Shown here piece after piece: positions 17,401 through 26,845 of a DNA stretch of 32,350 bases. The position numbers and the translations under genes are program-made. The notes below the pieces were generated by a model that had not been told where the DNA came from, did no database searches, and saw nothing but the letters and a program-made list of their open reading frames with translations. Numbering within the stretch: position 1 is the stretch's first letter; each line of letters begins with the position of its first letter. Source of the stretch: an uncultured bacterium (lineage in GTDB: Bacteria; UBP14; UBA6098; B30-G16); the NCBI GenBank assembly GCA_964562425.1, contig CAZLTJ010000004.1, forward strand, positions 1-32,350, given 5' to 3'.

Positions 17401-18387
17401 ATGTCTTATATAATTGTAGAAAATCTTGTGAAGCATTTCCAAATTGCCAAACGTAAACCAGGACTATTAGGTGCATTTAAAGGTGTTGTACATCGAAAAT
17501 ATAAAATAATTAAAGCTTTAGATGAAATATCATTCTCCATTGAACCGGGGGAACTTGTTGGTTTCATAGGACCTAATGGTGCTGGTAAGTCAACGACTGT
17601 GAAAATATTAGCAGGAATTTTAATCCCCAATTCTGGTCGATGCGTTGTTATGGGTCGTATTCCGTGGAAAGAACGCGTGGCTAATGTCAGAAATATTGGT
17701 GTCGTTTTCGGACAGCGCACTCAGCTTTGGTGGGACCTGCCGGTAATTGAGTCATTTGAATTACTTAAAGAAATTTATCGTATCCCAAATAATGTTTATA
17801 AGAATAATACTGAGGAGCTAATTACTTTACTTAGTCTAACGGAAATTCTGAATACCCCAGTAAGGCAGCTAAGCCTTGGCCAACGTATGAGATGTGACTT
17901 AGTTGCATCTCTTTTACATTCTCCATCTTTGCTTTTTCTTGATGAACCAACGATTGGTTTGGATGCAGTTTCAAAACTTGTGGTTAGAGATTTCATTGAA
18001 AGGATGAACAAAGAGCAGGGAACCACAATTATTCTTGCAACGCATGATATGGATGATATTGAGACATTATGTAAAAGAATAATTTTAATTAACCATGGAA
18101 AGATTTTGCATGACGGACCCTTGGAGAAACTCAGAGTGGCGATGTCTGATGAGAGGCAGTTAATTGTTGATATGATTATGGAGAATTACGAAATAGATGA
18201 TCCAGACGCAAAAGTTATCCGTCGCGATGGACACAGAGTGTATTTAAGATTCAATCCAAACAAAGTTTCTACGGCTGAACTCATTAAGAGGATAATTGAA
18301 AGGTATCCAATTCATGATCTGTTTGTTGAGAATCCACCTATTGAGGAGATAATAGCTAAGGTATATTTAGAACAAGACCAATTATAA
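17401..18387 (+). CDS. ABC-2 type exporter ATP-binding subunit
   Basis: Walker A GPNGAGKST, VVFGQRTQLWWDLP, signature LSLGQRMR, Walker B LFLDEPT. Confidence 0.93.
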   Translation: MSYIIVENLVKHFQIAKRKPGLLGAFKGVVHRKYKIIKALDEISFSIEPGELVGFIGPNGAGKSTTVKILAGILIPNSGRCVVMGRIPWKERVANVRNIGVVFGQRTQLWWDLPVIESFELLKEIYRIPNNVYKNNTEELITLLSLTEILNTPVRQLSLGQRMRCDLVASLLHSPSLLFLDEPTIGLDAVSKLVVRDFIERMNKEQGTTIILATHDMDDIETLCKRIILINHGKILHDGPLEKLRVAMSDERQLIVDMIMENYEIDDPDAKVIRRDGHRVYLRFNPNKVSTAELIKRIIERYPIHDLFVENPPIEEIIAKVYLEQDQL

Positions 18388-18467
18388 CATACAGTAAGCA
18401 TAATTAGATCCCAAAGTAAATAAACCATAAAAATTACAAAGAATTAAAGTTATATGGTGCAAGAAAA

Positions 18468-19259
18468 ATGACAGCATATTGGACAGTGATCAGTGCACGG
18501 TATAGAATGCTTCTTCAATATAGAGCAGCAGCTATTGCTGGTGTTGTAACTCAGCTCTTCTGGGGATTCTTGAGGGTTATGATTTTCGATGCGTTTTACC
18601 GATCCTCCACGATTACCCAACCGATGTCGTTCGAAAATGTGGTAACATACGTTTGGCTTGGACAGGCTTTATTGGCTTTGATTCCATTGAGACCGGATTA
18701 TGAAATAAGAAATATGATATTAAAAGGTAATGTTGCCTATGAACTCATCCGACCGTTGAATCTATATTGGCTGTGGTTCAGTCGAGAGTTAGCTAATCGA
18801 ACTGCACCTACTACGCTAAGGTCGATTCCAATTTTTATCCTTTCCCTGTTATTCTTTGGTTTGCAACCTCCGGCATCATTACTTTCAGCATTAGGATTTA
18901 TTATATCGATTATATTAGCGATTTTTCTTTCATCATCTATCTCGATAATTGTTAATATCTCGCTTATGTGGACAATTTCTGGAGAGGGTGTATCTCAAGT
19001 ATTACCTGCGATGGTTTGGATATTTTCCGGTATAATTATTCCTTTACCGTTGTTTCCGGACTGTGTGCAACCAATTTTAAATTTTCTTCCATTTAGAGGA
19101 ATAATGGATACGCCATTCCGGTTATATATGGGACATATTCCACCAGATCAATTACTTAGTGTCGTTGGTCATCAATTAATCTGGATTGTGATATTAATAG
19201 CATTTGGTCGCTGGATACTTAATCGAGGTCTAAAACGACTTGTGATACAAGGAGGATGA
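18468..19259 (+). CDS. ABC-2 family permease (DUF990 type)
   Basis: LQYRA N-terminus, G-x-VAYELIRP, multiple TM helices, VIQGG C-terminus. Confidence 0.88.
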   Translation: MTAYWTVISARYRMLLQYRAAAIAGVVTQLFWGFLRVMIFDAFYRSSTITQPMSFENVVTYVWLGQALLALIPLRPDYEIRNMILKGNVAYELIRPLNLYWLWFSRELANRTAPTTLRSIPIFILSLLFFGLQPPASLLSALGFIISIILAIFLSSSISIIVNISLMWTISGEGVSQVLPAMVWIFSGIIIPLPLFPDCVQPILNFLPFRGIMDTPFRLYMGHIPPDQLLSVVGHQLIWIVILIAFGRWILNRGLKRLVIQGG

Positions 19260-20068
19260 TCGAAATGCTCAACTCAATAAAGCTATATTTTCGATTCCTT
19301 GAAATTTCCCTTCGTGGTCAGATGCAATATCGAGCATCGTTTATAATGCAAATTATCGGGCAATTTTTTATGACATTTATAGAGTTCGTTGCAATTTGGT
19401 CTCTATTTCAGCGATTTGGATCGATCAAAGGATGGACTCTGGGTGAAGTGGCATTTTTTTACGGCTTGGTTAATGTATCATTTGCACTTTCAGAGGTGTT
19501 AAGTCGTGGATTTGATACATTCGCAGGTATGGTGAAGAGCGGTGATTTTGACAGACTGTTGCTTAGACCTCGTTCCACAGTTATACAGATTGCTGGAAAA
19601 GAGTTTCATATGAGAAGATTCGGAAGAGTTTTGCAGGGAGCTATTATTCTGGTCTGGGCTTCGATAATCCTAAATATAAACTGGACAATGGATAAAATAA
19701 TATTGATGCTTTTTTCGATATTAGCAGGTATTTGCATCTTTTTCGGTCTAATAGTTCTGCAGGCTACACTGTCATTTTGGACTATTGAGTCGTTAGAAAT
19801 CATGAATACGCTTACTTATGGAGGTGCTGAGACTTCTCATTATCCATTGAATATTTACAGAAAATGGTTCAGACGTTTTTTTACGTATATAATTCCAATT
19901 GCATTTGTAAACTACTTTCCTGTGCTTGTAATTATCGGGAAGGCAGACCCATTGGGTACACCGTCATGGCTTGGATGGATTTCGCCAATTGTTGGATTCG
20001 TTTTTCTTGTGGTTACTTTTCGAATATGGAATATCGGAGTTAGGCATTATAAAAGCACCGGAAGTTAA
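19256..20068 (+). CDS. ABC-2 family permease (DUF990 type), second subunit
   Basis: MQYRASF, GDFDRLLLRP, YPLNIY, YKSTGS end; ATGA overlap with the previous gene. Confidence 0.88.
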   Translation: MIEMLNSIKLYFRFLEISLRGQMQYRASFIMQIIGQFFMTFIEFVAIWSLFQRFGSIKGWTLGEVAFFYGLVNVSFALSEVLSRGFDTFAGMVKSGDFDRLLLRPRSTVIQIAGKEFHMRRFGRVLQGAIILVWASIILNINWTMDKIILMLFSILAGICIFFGLIVLQATLSFWTIESLEIMNTLTYGGAETSHYPLNIYRKWFRRFFTYIIPIAFVNYFPVLVIIGKADPLGTPSWLGWISPIVGFVFLVVTFRIWNIGVRHYKSTGS

Positions 20069-20084
20069 TTTTTTTTATTATCTT

Positions 20085-21320
20085 ATGTGGACTGAGGAAG
20101 AAAACATAAAAATAAAGAATAGAAATACTAAGGACTATAGGGATCTTTTAATTGAAGGTCTAAAAGACCGTGAGACCTTTGTTTTACTTATTATGAGTCG
20201 CAAAAAGGGTGATTATGATTTCCCTTGGACAAAAATTACAGTGCGTCCAGTTGAGATTAAGGGTAAAATATTCCTGCAGTTTAAGTATTTCGAATCGCTA
20301 AAACACATAACAAAAAATCACGAACCCAATGAAGTTGGAGAAAAGATAATAGAAACACTATCTCACAATTTCAGCGAGATACATTTGCATAGCACCGAAC
20401 AAGATTTACACATAAAAATAACCCGGAAAGGAAATGTATTGATCAATAAGGGAAAACCGACATGTCAAAAGAAACCAGACCTCTCACATGATAGAATCAA
20501 AGAGTATCCACTCGATTCCAAAATCCATATAAAATTTCTTCAAGCAATCGGTGTTGTGAATAGCATTGGTGAAATAAAACCGAACATGCATCGGAAATTC
20601 ATTCAAGTTAACGAATTTATTAGATCGATTGAAATAATGGTAAAAAAGCTCAATATTAAAAACAGACCAATTAGAATAATAGATTATGGGTGTGGGAAAG
20701 CTTATCTAACGTTCGCTGCTTATTATTACATAAAAGAGATTTTGAAAATTCCTGTTAATATTACTGGAATTGATACAAATGAGGATATAATTGCAAAAGC
20801 TATTGATTTAAGAGATTCAATAAATTGTGAAGAAATAACCTTTTTTATTTCCCGAATCGAAGAATTTGAACCAGAAGAAACACCCGATATGACACTCAGC
20901 CTTCATGCCTGCGATACCGCCACAGATGAGGCAATATCACGAGGAATTATACTAAACAGCAAAATTATTATTGCAGTTCCTTGTTGTCAGCATGAATTGC
21001 ATCATAAACTCACGGAACCCTTGTTTAAGCCTGTAATTCAGCATGGAATTTTGCGGGAAAGATTGGCGGATATAATAACTGATTCATTAAGAGCATCCGT
21101 ATTAAGAATAATGGGCTATAATACTGATGTAATCGAGTTCGTTTCAGTGGAGCACACAAAAAAAAATGTTATGATTAGGGCATTTAAGACAACAAAAACG
21201 TGTAATGATATTGTGGTTGCTGAATATAGAAGATTTGTCGATTTTTGGGGTATTACACCAGCAATTCAGATTATGCTTGGTGAAAGATTTGAGAAATGTT
21301 TAAAGAATTATAGCGAATAA
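20085..21320 (+). CDS. Class I SAM-dependent methyltransferase (Methyltransf_32-like)
   Basis: KFIQVNEF, IIDYGCGKAYLTF, LHACDTATD, PCCQH, EFVSVEHTKKN; start moved to ATG 20085 to avoid overlapping the permease. Confidence 0.85.
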   Translation: MWTEEENIKIKNRNTKDYRDLLIEGLKDRETFVLLIMSRKKGDYDFPWTKITVRPVEIKGKIFLQFKYFESLKHITKNHEPNEVGEKIIETLSHNFSEIHLHSTEQDLHIKITRKGNVLINKGKPTCQKKPDLSHDRIKEYPLDSKIHIKFLQAIGVVNSIGEIKPNMHRKFIQVNEFIRSIEIMVKKLNIKNRPIRIIDYGCGKAYLTFAAYYYIKEILKIPVNITGIDTNEDIIAKAIDLRDSINCEEITFFISRIEEFEPEETPDMTLSLHACDTATDEAISRGIILNSKIIIAVPCCQHELHHKLTEPLFKPVIQHGILRERLADIITDSLRASVLRIMGYNTDVIEFVSVEHTKKNVMIRAFKTTKTCNDIVVAEYRRFVDFWGITPAIQIMLGERFEKCLKNYSE

Positions 21321-21462
21321 TTTACATAATCGATTCATTTTTTATTGTGAGCCATTTCACTTGCAATAGAAGCTTTATATTATCATATTTATTTTGAGAA
21401 TTTGCAAATTAGCTTTATTGTAAATTGGTGATTAAATAACACTTAATGTATAAGGCATAATA

Positions 21463-22878
21463 ATGTTACTGCGAAAGCGTTCTGAAAGAATCGCAGGTCA
21501 ATTAATATGGATTGGATATTATATTTGGCCCGTTGTTGGATTTACCTTCGCTTGGTGGTTAAGGTTCCAGTCGGGATTGTTTAAAGTGTTGGACTATCAA
21601 CCGTTAGAAAAATATTATGTACCTATTCTTATCGTCGCAACTTTCTGGTCTATCGTTTATGGTGCATTGAAATTGCACGCACCTGCTCTTAACCTTCGTT
21701 GGACTCGGGAAACATCAAAAATGGTCTGGGGAGCAGCATTAGCTATGATTCCAACAATGGCGTTGGCTTTTACGTATAGAGGTTATTTTTATTCTCGTCT
21801 TGTGATGATTCTGGGAATTGTTTTCACTTTTGGTATATGCTTCACTCATAAAGTGATTGCCAAAGCTATTTTAAGAAGAATGCTTCTCAAACGTGTTGGG
21901 ATTGCTAGGAAACTCATTATAGGATGTAATTCATTCGCTCAGAAAGTTGTTAATGAAATCCGAAGAGATCCTCTTGCAGCCGCAGGCTTGGTTGGAATGA
22001 TCTCGGTTACTGGTGAACGATGCACTACTGATCTTCCTTATCTTGGTGACATAAGTGAGCTGAGAGAAATTATTATAAAAGGTCAATTTGATGAGGCAAT
22101 TTTTGCATATCCAAACCCCAGTGAGGACATGATACTTAAAATTATCTATGAATGTAGGAAAGAACAAGTGCAATTTGAGTTGGTGCCACCATTCCGGCAT
22201 CTCCTAAGGGGTCGAGTAGAAGTCGAGCCAGTAGGTGATGTTCAGGTTCTGGCATTCACAGATCTCGCTCTAAAAATTTGGCAACGCGGTGTCAAAAGAG
22301 CTGCAGACCTTTTACTTTCATCTATGTTATTAATTCTTTTATCTCCACTTCTCATTATGATATCTTTGGCGATTACACTTACAAGTCCTGGACACATTTT
22401 TTTCCTTCAAGAGCGTATTGGTCGTAATGGACGGAAATTTCAGATGATTAAATTCCGATCCATGTATAAAGATGCTGAAAAACGACTTAAAGAACATCTG
22501 GAAGATAATGAAGCTCAAGGACCAATTTTTAAAATTAAAAAGGACCCCAGGATAACTTTAATAGGACGATTAATACGAAGGTTTTCTATAGATGAAATAC
22601 CGCAGCTGCTTAACGTTCTTTTAGGACAGATGTCTCTTGTGGGTCCAAGACCACCTTTAGAACGAGAAGTAAAAGTTTATGAGAATTGGCAGTTACGAAG
22701 AATCGACGTAACTCCCGGCATGACTGGATTGTGGCAGGTCTCGGGACGTAGCGATCTATCATTTGAAAAAATGGTGGAATTAGACATTCATTATATAGAG
22801 AACTGGTCATTGACGATGGATATAATGATTCTTTTTAAAACGCTTCCAGCTGTTATTACCGGGAAAGGAGCTTATTGA
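21463..22878 (+). CDS. Polyprenyl-phosphate sugar phosphotransferase (WcaJ/CpsE-type priming glycosyltransferase)
   Basis: 4 N-terminal TM helices, Rossmann-like region, KRAADL, KFRSM, DPRIT, SIDEIPQLLNVLLGQMSLVGPRP, PGMTGLWQV. Confidence 0.93.
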   Translation: MLLRKRSERIAGQLIWIGYYIWPVVGFTFAWWLRFQSGLFKVLDYQPLEKYYVPILIVATFWSIVYGALKLHAPALNLRWTRETSKMVWGAALAMIPTMALAFTYRGYFYSRLVMILGIVFTFGICFTHKVIAKAILRRMLLKRVGIARKLIIGCNSFAQKVVNEIRRDPLAAAGLVGMISVTGERCTTDLPYLGDISELREIIIKGQFDEAIFAYPNPSEDMILKIIYECRKEQVQFELVPPFRHLLRGRVEVEPVGDVQVLAFTDLALKIWQRGVKRAADLLLSSMLLILLSPLLIMISLAITLTSPGHIFFLQERIGRNGRKFQMIKFRSMYKDAEKRLKEHLEDNEAQGPIFKIKKDPRITLIGRLIRRFSIDEIPQLLNVLLGQMSLVGPRPPLEREVKVYENWQLRRIDVTPGMTGLWQVSGRSDLSFEKMVELDIHYIENWSLTMDIMILFKTLPAVITGKGAY

Positions 22879-22959
22879 CTGAAAAAGTTTTTTTGAGGAT
22901 TTTTCCTTGACTGTTGTTAATTAGTCTCTATTTTCGAATTCAGTTGTAAAGGAGGAAAA

Positions 22960-23352
22960 ATGGTTTTGAATATATTGATCTTTTTATTGGTATTAGATGC
23001 TGTATTGATAGTTATAACGATTTTATTACAACCTCGAATGCAGGGTGGTGTGGGTGCAGCTTTTGGTGGTGCCGGTTTTACTGGTTCTCTTTTTGGTGGT
23101 AAAGGAGGAATGTCATTTCTGACCAATTTAACGGCGGTACTTGCAGTAATCTTTTTATTATTGATCCTTGGAGTAAACTTTTATGTAACAGCTCCAACTA
23201 AAGAAAGAACGATAATGAGACGCTCTGGAGCACCTGCAACTCGACGTATGCCAACAACATCCGGTGAAGAGGCTCCACAGCAGGTACCTACTGAACAAGC
23301 TCCTGAACCTACACCACAGCAACCAACACAGCAAACACCAACAGGTCAATAA
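22960..23352 (+). CDS. secG: Preprotein translocase subunit SecG with Pro/Gln/Thr-rich tail
   Basis: TM1-ILLQ, Gly-rich GAAFGG...SLFGG loop, FLTNLT-TM2; SD AGGAGG. Confidence 0.92.
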   Translation: MVLNILIFLLVLDAVLIVITILLQPRMQGGVGAAFGGAGFTGSLFGGKGGMSFLTNLTAVLAVIFLLLILGVNFYVTAPTKERTIMRRSGAPATRRMPTTSGEEAPQQVPTEQAPEPTPQQPTQQTPTGQ

Positions 23353-23423
23353 ACCCAGTGAATTTACCTGTTTCTTAATTATCGTTTTCTCATTGCTTAC
23401 ATCATGCCTTATTTTATAAGAAA

Positions 23424-24617
23424 GTGAACTCAAGGTTTATAATGCAAAAAAAGGTTCTACTTCAAGATTCCTACGAATTCGAATCCAGATGGTTAGCACC
23501 ATATGCATGTTTCAGCAAAAACTCTCGAGGTCGTCATTATTATGAAGAACCTCATCCATACAGACCACCATTTGAACGGGACAGAGAACGAATAATCCAT
23601 TCGACTGCATTTAGAAGACTTCAGTATAAAACGCAGGTCTTTGTTAACCATGAGGGTGATCACTATAGAACAAGAATGAGCCACACGCTCGAGGTTGCCA
23701 CCGTAAGCCGTGCTATAGCGAGAGTTTTACATCTTAACATCGATCTATCGGAGGCAATTTCTCTTGCTCACGATCTGGGACATACACCGTTTGGTCACAC
23801 TGGGGAGGAAGTTCTTAATGAACTCACAATCGATGTTGGTGGATTCGATCATAATAAGCAATCGCTTAGGATTGTTGAATACCTTGAAAAACGCTATCCC
23901 AAATTTCAGGGACTAAACCTGACTGTCGAGACGCGTGAGGGAATGGAGAAGCATCACACAAGATATGATTCTCCCATTTATAAGAAAAATTTGCTTTGGA
24001 AATTGGAGAAGATGCCATCTCTTGAAGCACAGGTTGTAAACATTGCAGACGAATTAGCATATACATCTCATGATATCGACGATGGATTGTATTCTGGTAT
24101 TCTAAATTTGCAGGAATTGAAGAAAGGATTTCCTCTCTGGGGAGAAATATTTGAGAATGTCCTTTCCAAATGTGGGAATGTTGAGGAAGAAGTGCTTAGA
24201 GCACAATGTATTAAAGCTCTTATTAATATTCTTGCCACAGACGTTATTTCGGAATCGCAAAAGAGGATAGAGAAATCAAATCCGCAGGATGTGGATTCTG
24301 TTAGATTGCTTAATGATCCACTTATAAGTTTTTCCTCCGATATAGAAGAGCAATTAGGTTATGCAAGCAATTTTTTGCTAAATAATATGTATCGACATTA
24401 CAAAGTTCTCAGAATGGCGACAAAGGCAAAATTTATAATAAAATCGTTGTTTAGAGCGTATTGTACGGAGCCAAACCAACTTCCAAAAACCTCTCGCGAA
24501 CGTCTGAATAACAACTCCGTAAAAAAGATTGTTGCAGATTATATCGCAGGAATGACGGATAGGTATGCTATCCTTGAATATAGGAAGCTTTATGATCCCT
24601 ATGAAAAACTTTTATAG
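23424..24617 (+). CDS. dgt: Deoxyguanosinetriphosphate triphosphohydrolase (dGTPase, HD family); alternative start ATG 23442
   Basis: RDRERIIHSTAFRRLQYKTQVF, RTRMSHTLEV, AHDLGHTPFGH, ADELAY, DYIAGMTDRYA. Confidence 0.93.
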   Translation: MNSRFIMQKKVLLQDSYEFESRWLAPYACFSKNSRGRHYYEEPHPYRPPFERDRERIIHSTAFRRLQYKTQVFVNHEGDHYRTRMSHTLEVATVSRAIARVLHLNIDLSEAISLAHDLGHTPFGHTGEEVLNELTIDVGGFDHNKQSLRIVEYLEKRYPKFQGLNLTVETREGMEKHHTRYDSPIYKKNLLWKLEKMPSLEAQVVNIADELAYTSHDIDDGLYSGILNLQELKKGFPLWGEIFENVLSKCGNVEEEVLRAQCIKALINILATDVISESQKRIEKSNPQDVDSVRLLNDPLISFSSDIEEQLGYASNFLLNNMYRHYKVLRMATKAKFIIKSLFRAYCTEPNQLPKTSRERLNNNSVKKIVADYIAGMTDRYAILEYRKLYDPYEKLL

Positions 24618-24866
24618 AGGTTGTATATGAATAATGTTCGGTTTTTTGGCTATGATTTCTGTATCACTTTAAAGCAGAGCTTTATATTCAATTTTTCAAC
24701 AAGGATTTCTTAATCTGATTGTTTCTTTGTATTTTTCATTGTATTCTATATGATTATTTAGAAATGATATTTCTTGAAAAATTATACTTGATTTCTGGAC
24801 ATTATAATTTTAAATAGGTGATTCGAATCTCAATTATACATTCATGCCCAAAAAAGGCGGTAGAAT

Positions 24867-25601
24867 ATGGCAAAGAGAATAGATAAACACGAACTTAAAC
24901 ATGATAAATTTGTAGATGATATCACAAAGTTCTATAGAAACGTAAGAAATGAACCCAGAAAAGCTCTTATTTACATGGGTATTGCAGTTGCAATTGTAAT
25001 AATTATTCTATCATTTTTTTCATATAAGAAAGCTCGGATAAAGGCAGCGGAGGAAAGACTTGGCATTGCTTATATTCTACTTGATGCTGGACAATATCAA
25101 GCATCGTTTGATACGTTGAGATCGTTAGTGAATCGTTACGGTAAAAGTCCTCAGGCACGAAATGCTGTGTATCTTCTCGGTCATCTTTACTATTCTATGG
25201 GATTTCTCGATTCCGCGATTGCCACATATCAAAAATTCTTAACACTTGACGAACCAGACAGTGACATAACTGCTGCTGCAATTATGGGTCTTGCCTCTGC
25301 TTATGAGGATAAAAGTCTAATTGATATGGCAAGTGAAAACTATAAAAGGCTTCTAGATAACTATCCTAATTTCTTTCGGACGGATGAAGCTATGATCGGT
25401 ATTGCCCGATGTCTTGAGATAAAAAACAAACCTTTTGAGGCTAAGAATATATATAGAGAATTTCTTCATCGATTCCCTAATAGTGAACATAGAAATAGAG
25501 TTATTGTTCTTCTAACGAGAATCGAAAGTAATTTCGTTCCAGATATTGATCAACAGCAACCGCAGGCCCAGCAAATGGAAGTTCAGGGAATACCTAAATA
25601 A
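24867..25601 (+). CDS. Membrane-anchored TPR protein (YfgM-like)
   Basis: KHELKHDKFV N-terminus, single TM helix, several TPR repeats, Gln-rich tail. Confidence 0.8.
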   Translation: MAKRIDKHELKHDKFVDDITKFYRNVRNEPRKALIYMGIAVAIVIIILSFFSYKKARIKAAEERLGIAYILLDAGQYQASFDTLRSLVNRYGKSPQARNAVYLLGHLYYSMGFLDSAIATYQKFLTLDEPDSDITAAAIMGLASAYEDKSLIDMASENYKRLLDNYPNFFRTDEAMIGIARCLEIKNKPFEAKNIYREFLHRFPNSEHRNRVIVLLTRIESNFVPDIDQQQPQAQQMEVQGIPK

Positions 25602-25847
25602 TTGTTCTTTTAGAAAATGCCTAAGTATCTGTGATATAAAATCCTAAGGTTACTTTTTTGAGTGTACTTCGGTAAATTATAGGTTTGCCAAAGTTTAATA
25701 AGTATTTTATTAATACCTAATCATATTTGAATTATTAATTAACTTAGATAACTCGATATTGTTCTTGATATACTTAAAGAAATACACTAATTTTTACCTG
25801 AATTTACTGTAGAGGCAAAAATAAACTTCTAACGAAAGTTATAGTTT

Positions 25848-26252
25848 ATGAAAGTTGAGGAAACATTCAATTTTTTTAAGGATTTCGTGCCACAGCGAGA
25901 TGCTGAGGAGCAGGATATTGAAGATGAATTGACTCCTGAAGAGATTGAAGAATATAAGTCGATGGCTATTCTTTCCTATATTCCAGTTCTTTGTTTCATT
26001 CCATTCTTTAAGGGGAGAAACAATCGATTTGCCTATAAACACGCTAAACAGGGCATTATTCTCTTTCTTTTTGAAGCTATAGCACTTCTTGGGGCTGTTT
26101 TTTGGAAAGCTGCATTGCTTCTCGCGGCACTAGCATCACTTGTAGGTGTAATAATGGTTCTTCAGGGAAAGCTGTGGACGATCCCATTAATAGGTATACT
26201 GGCATCTCGGTTTGATAGGAGTAGGAACACTGAAAAGGAAGAAGAAGCTTAG
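25848..26252 (+). CDS. Small membrane protein (DUF4870-like)
   Basis: Acidic N-terminus, MAILSYI...FAYKHAKQG motif, TM helices, IPLIG. Confidence 0.7.
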   Translation: MKVEETFNFFKDFVPQRDAEEQDIEDELTPEEIEEYKSMAILSYIPVLCFIPFFKGRNNRFAYKHAKQGIILFLFEAIALLGAVFWKAALLLAALASLVGVIMVLQGKLWTIPLIGILASRFDRSRNTEKEEEA

Positions 26253-26655
26253 CAATTTTTTAATTCTCAATATCGATGGCTCAGATCTGGTAGCGTGACT
26301 ATTTTAGGTAATTTAATTTGTTAATTTATATTTTTGCAATTTCTCTCTTTATTTCTCGCGATTGCTTTCAGTTCTTAATTTATGCCTCATCATTATTGTT
26401 TTGAATTATATCAGCACTCTCAAATTCTGTAAGTTATATGGGAAACATACTCTATTGTTTTTTTGATGCACCAACTGTTTTCTGCATTTAGGATTTGAGT
26501 TTTGATTTTTGTCTATTACGATTCAGAGATGTATGGGCACTCTTCTTGCGTGGTATATATCTTGTACGTGCGATGGATGGTAAATTCTCTGAATCGGAAA
26601 AGATTATCTTTTAAAATAACATCCTAATTAACTTTCCAAACCTACTTGTTTTCAC

Positions 26656-26725
26656 TTGACATTTTGAAATTCGGGAATAAACTTTATCTGACCTTATAGT
26701 CAGTAACTAAACATAGGGTCAGATA
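26656..26725 (+). promoter_or_regulatory. Sigma-70 promoter with overlapping tandem operator-like palindromes
   Basis: TTGACA-16-TAAACT (26656-26683); CTGAC-N6-GTCAG (26688-26703) and a second related site 19 bp downstream; overall 13-bp inverted repeat 26685-26697/26713-26725. Confidence 0.65.
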
Positions 26726-26845
26726 TTTTTGTGTAAGGAAATACAAATTTTAGATTAATAATAATATTTGACTAAATTTGTTAATTATCTTTTTTTAAGC
26801 TGAAATACTTTCATTTCGACCTGAATATTGAAAAGGAGGAGTAAA

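Noticed and set aside
23424-24617. dGTPase as an anti-phage defence gene
   Set aside because: It looks like the ~390-aa housekeeping Dgt type in a core context next to secG, with no defence-island neighbours.
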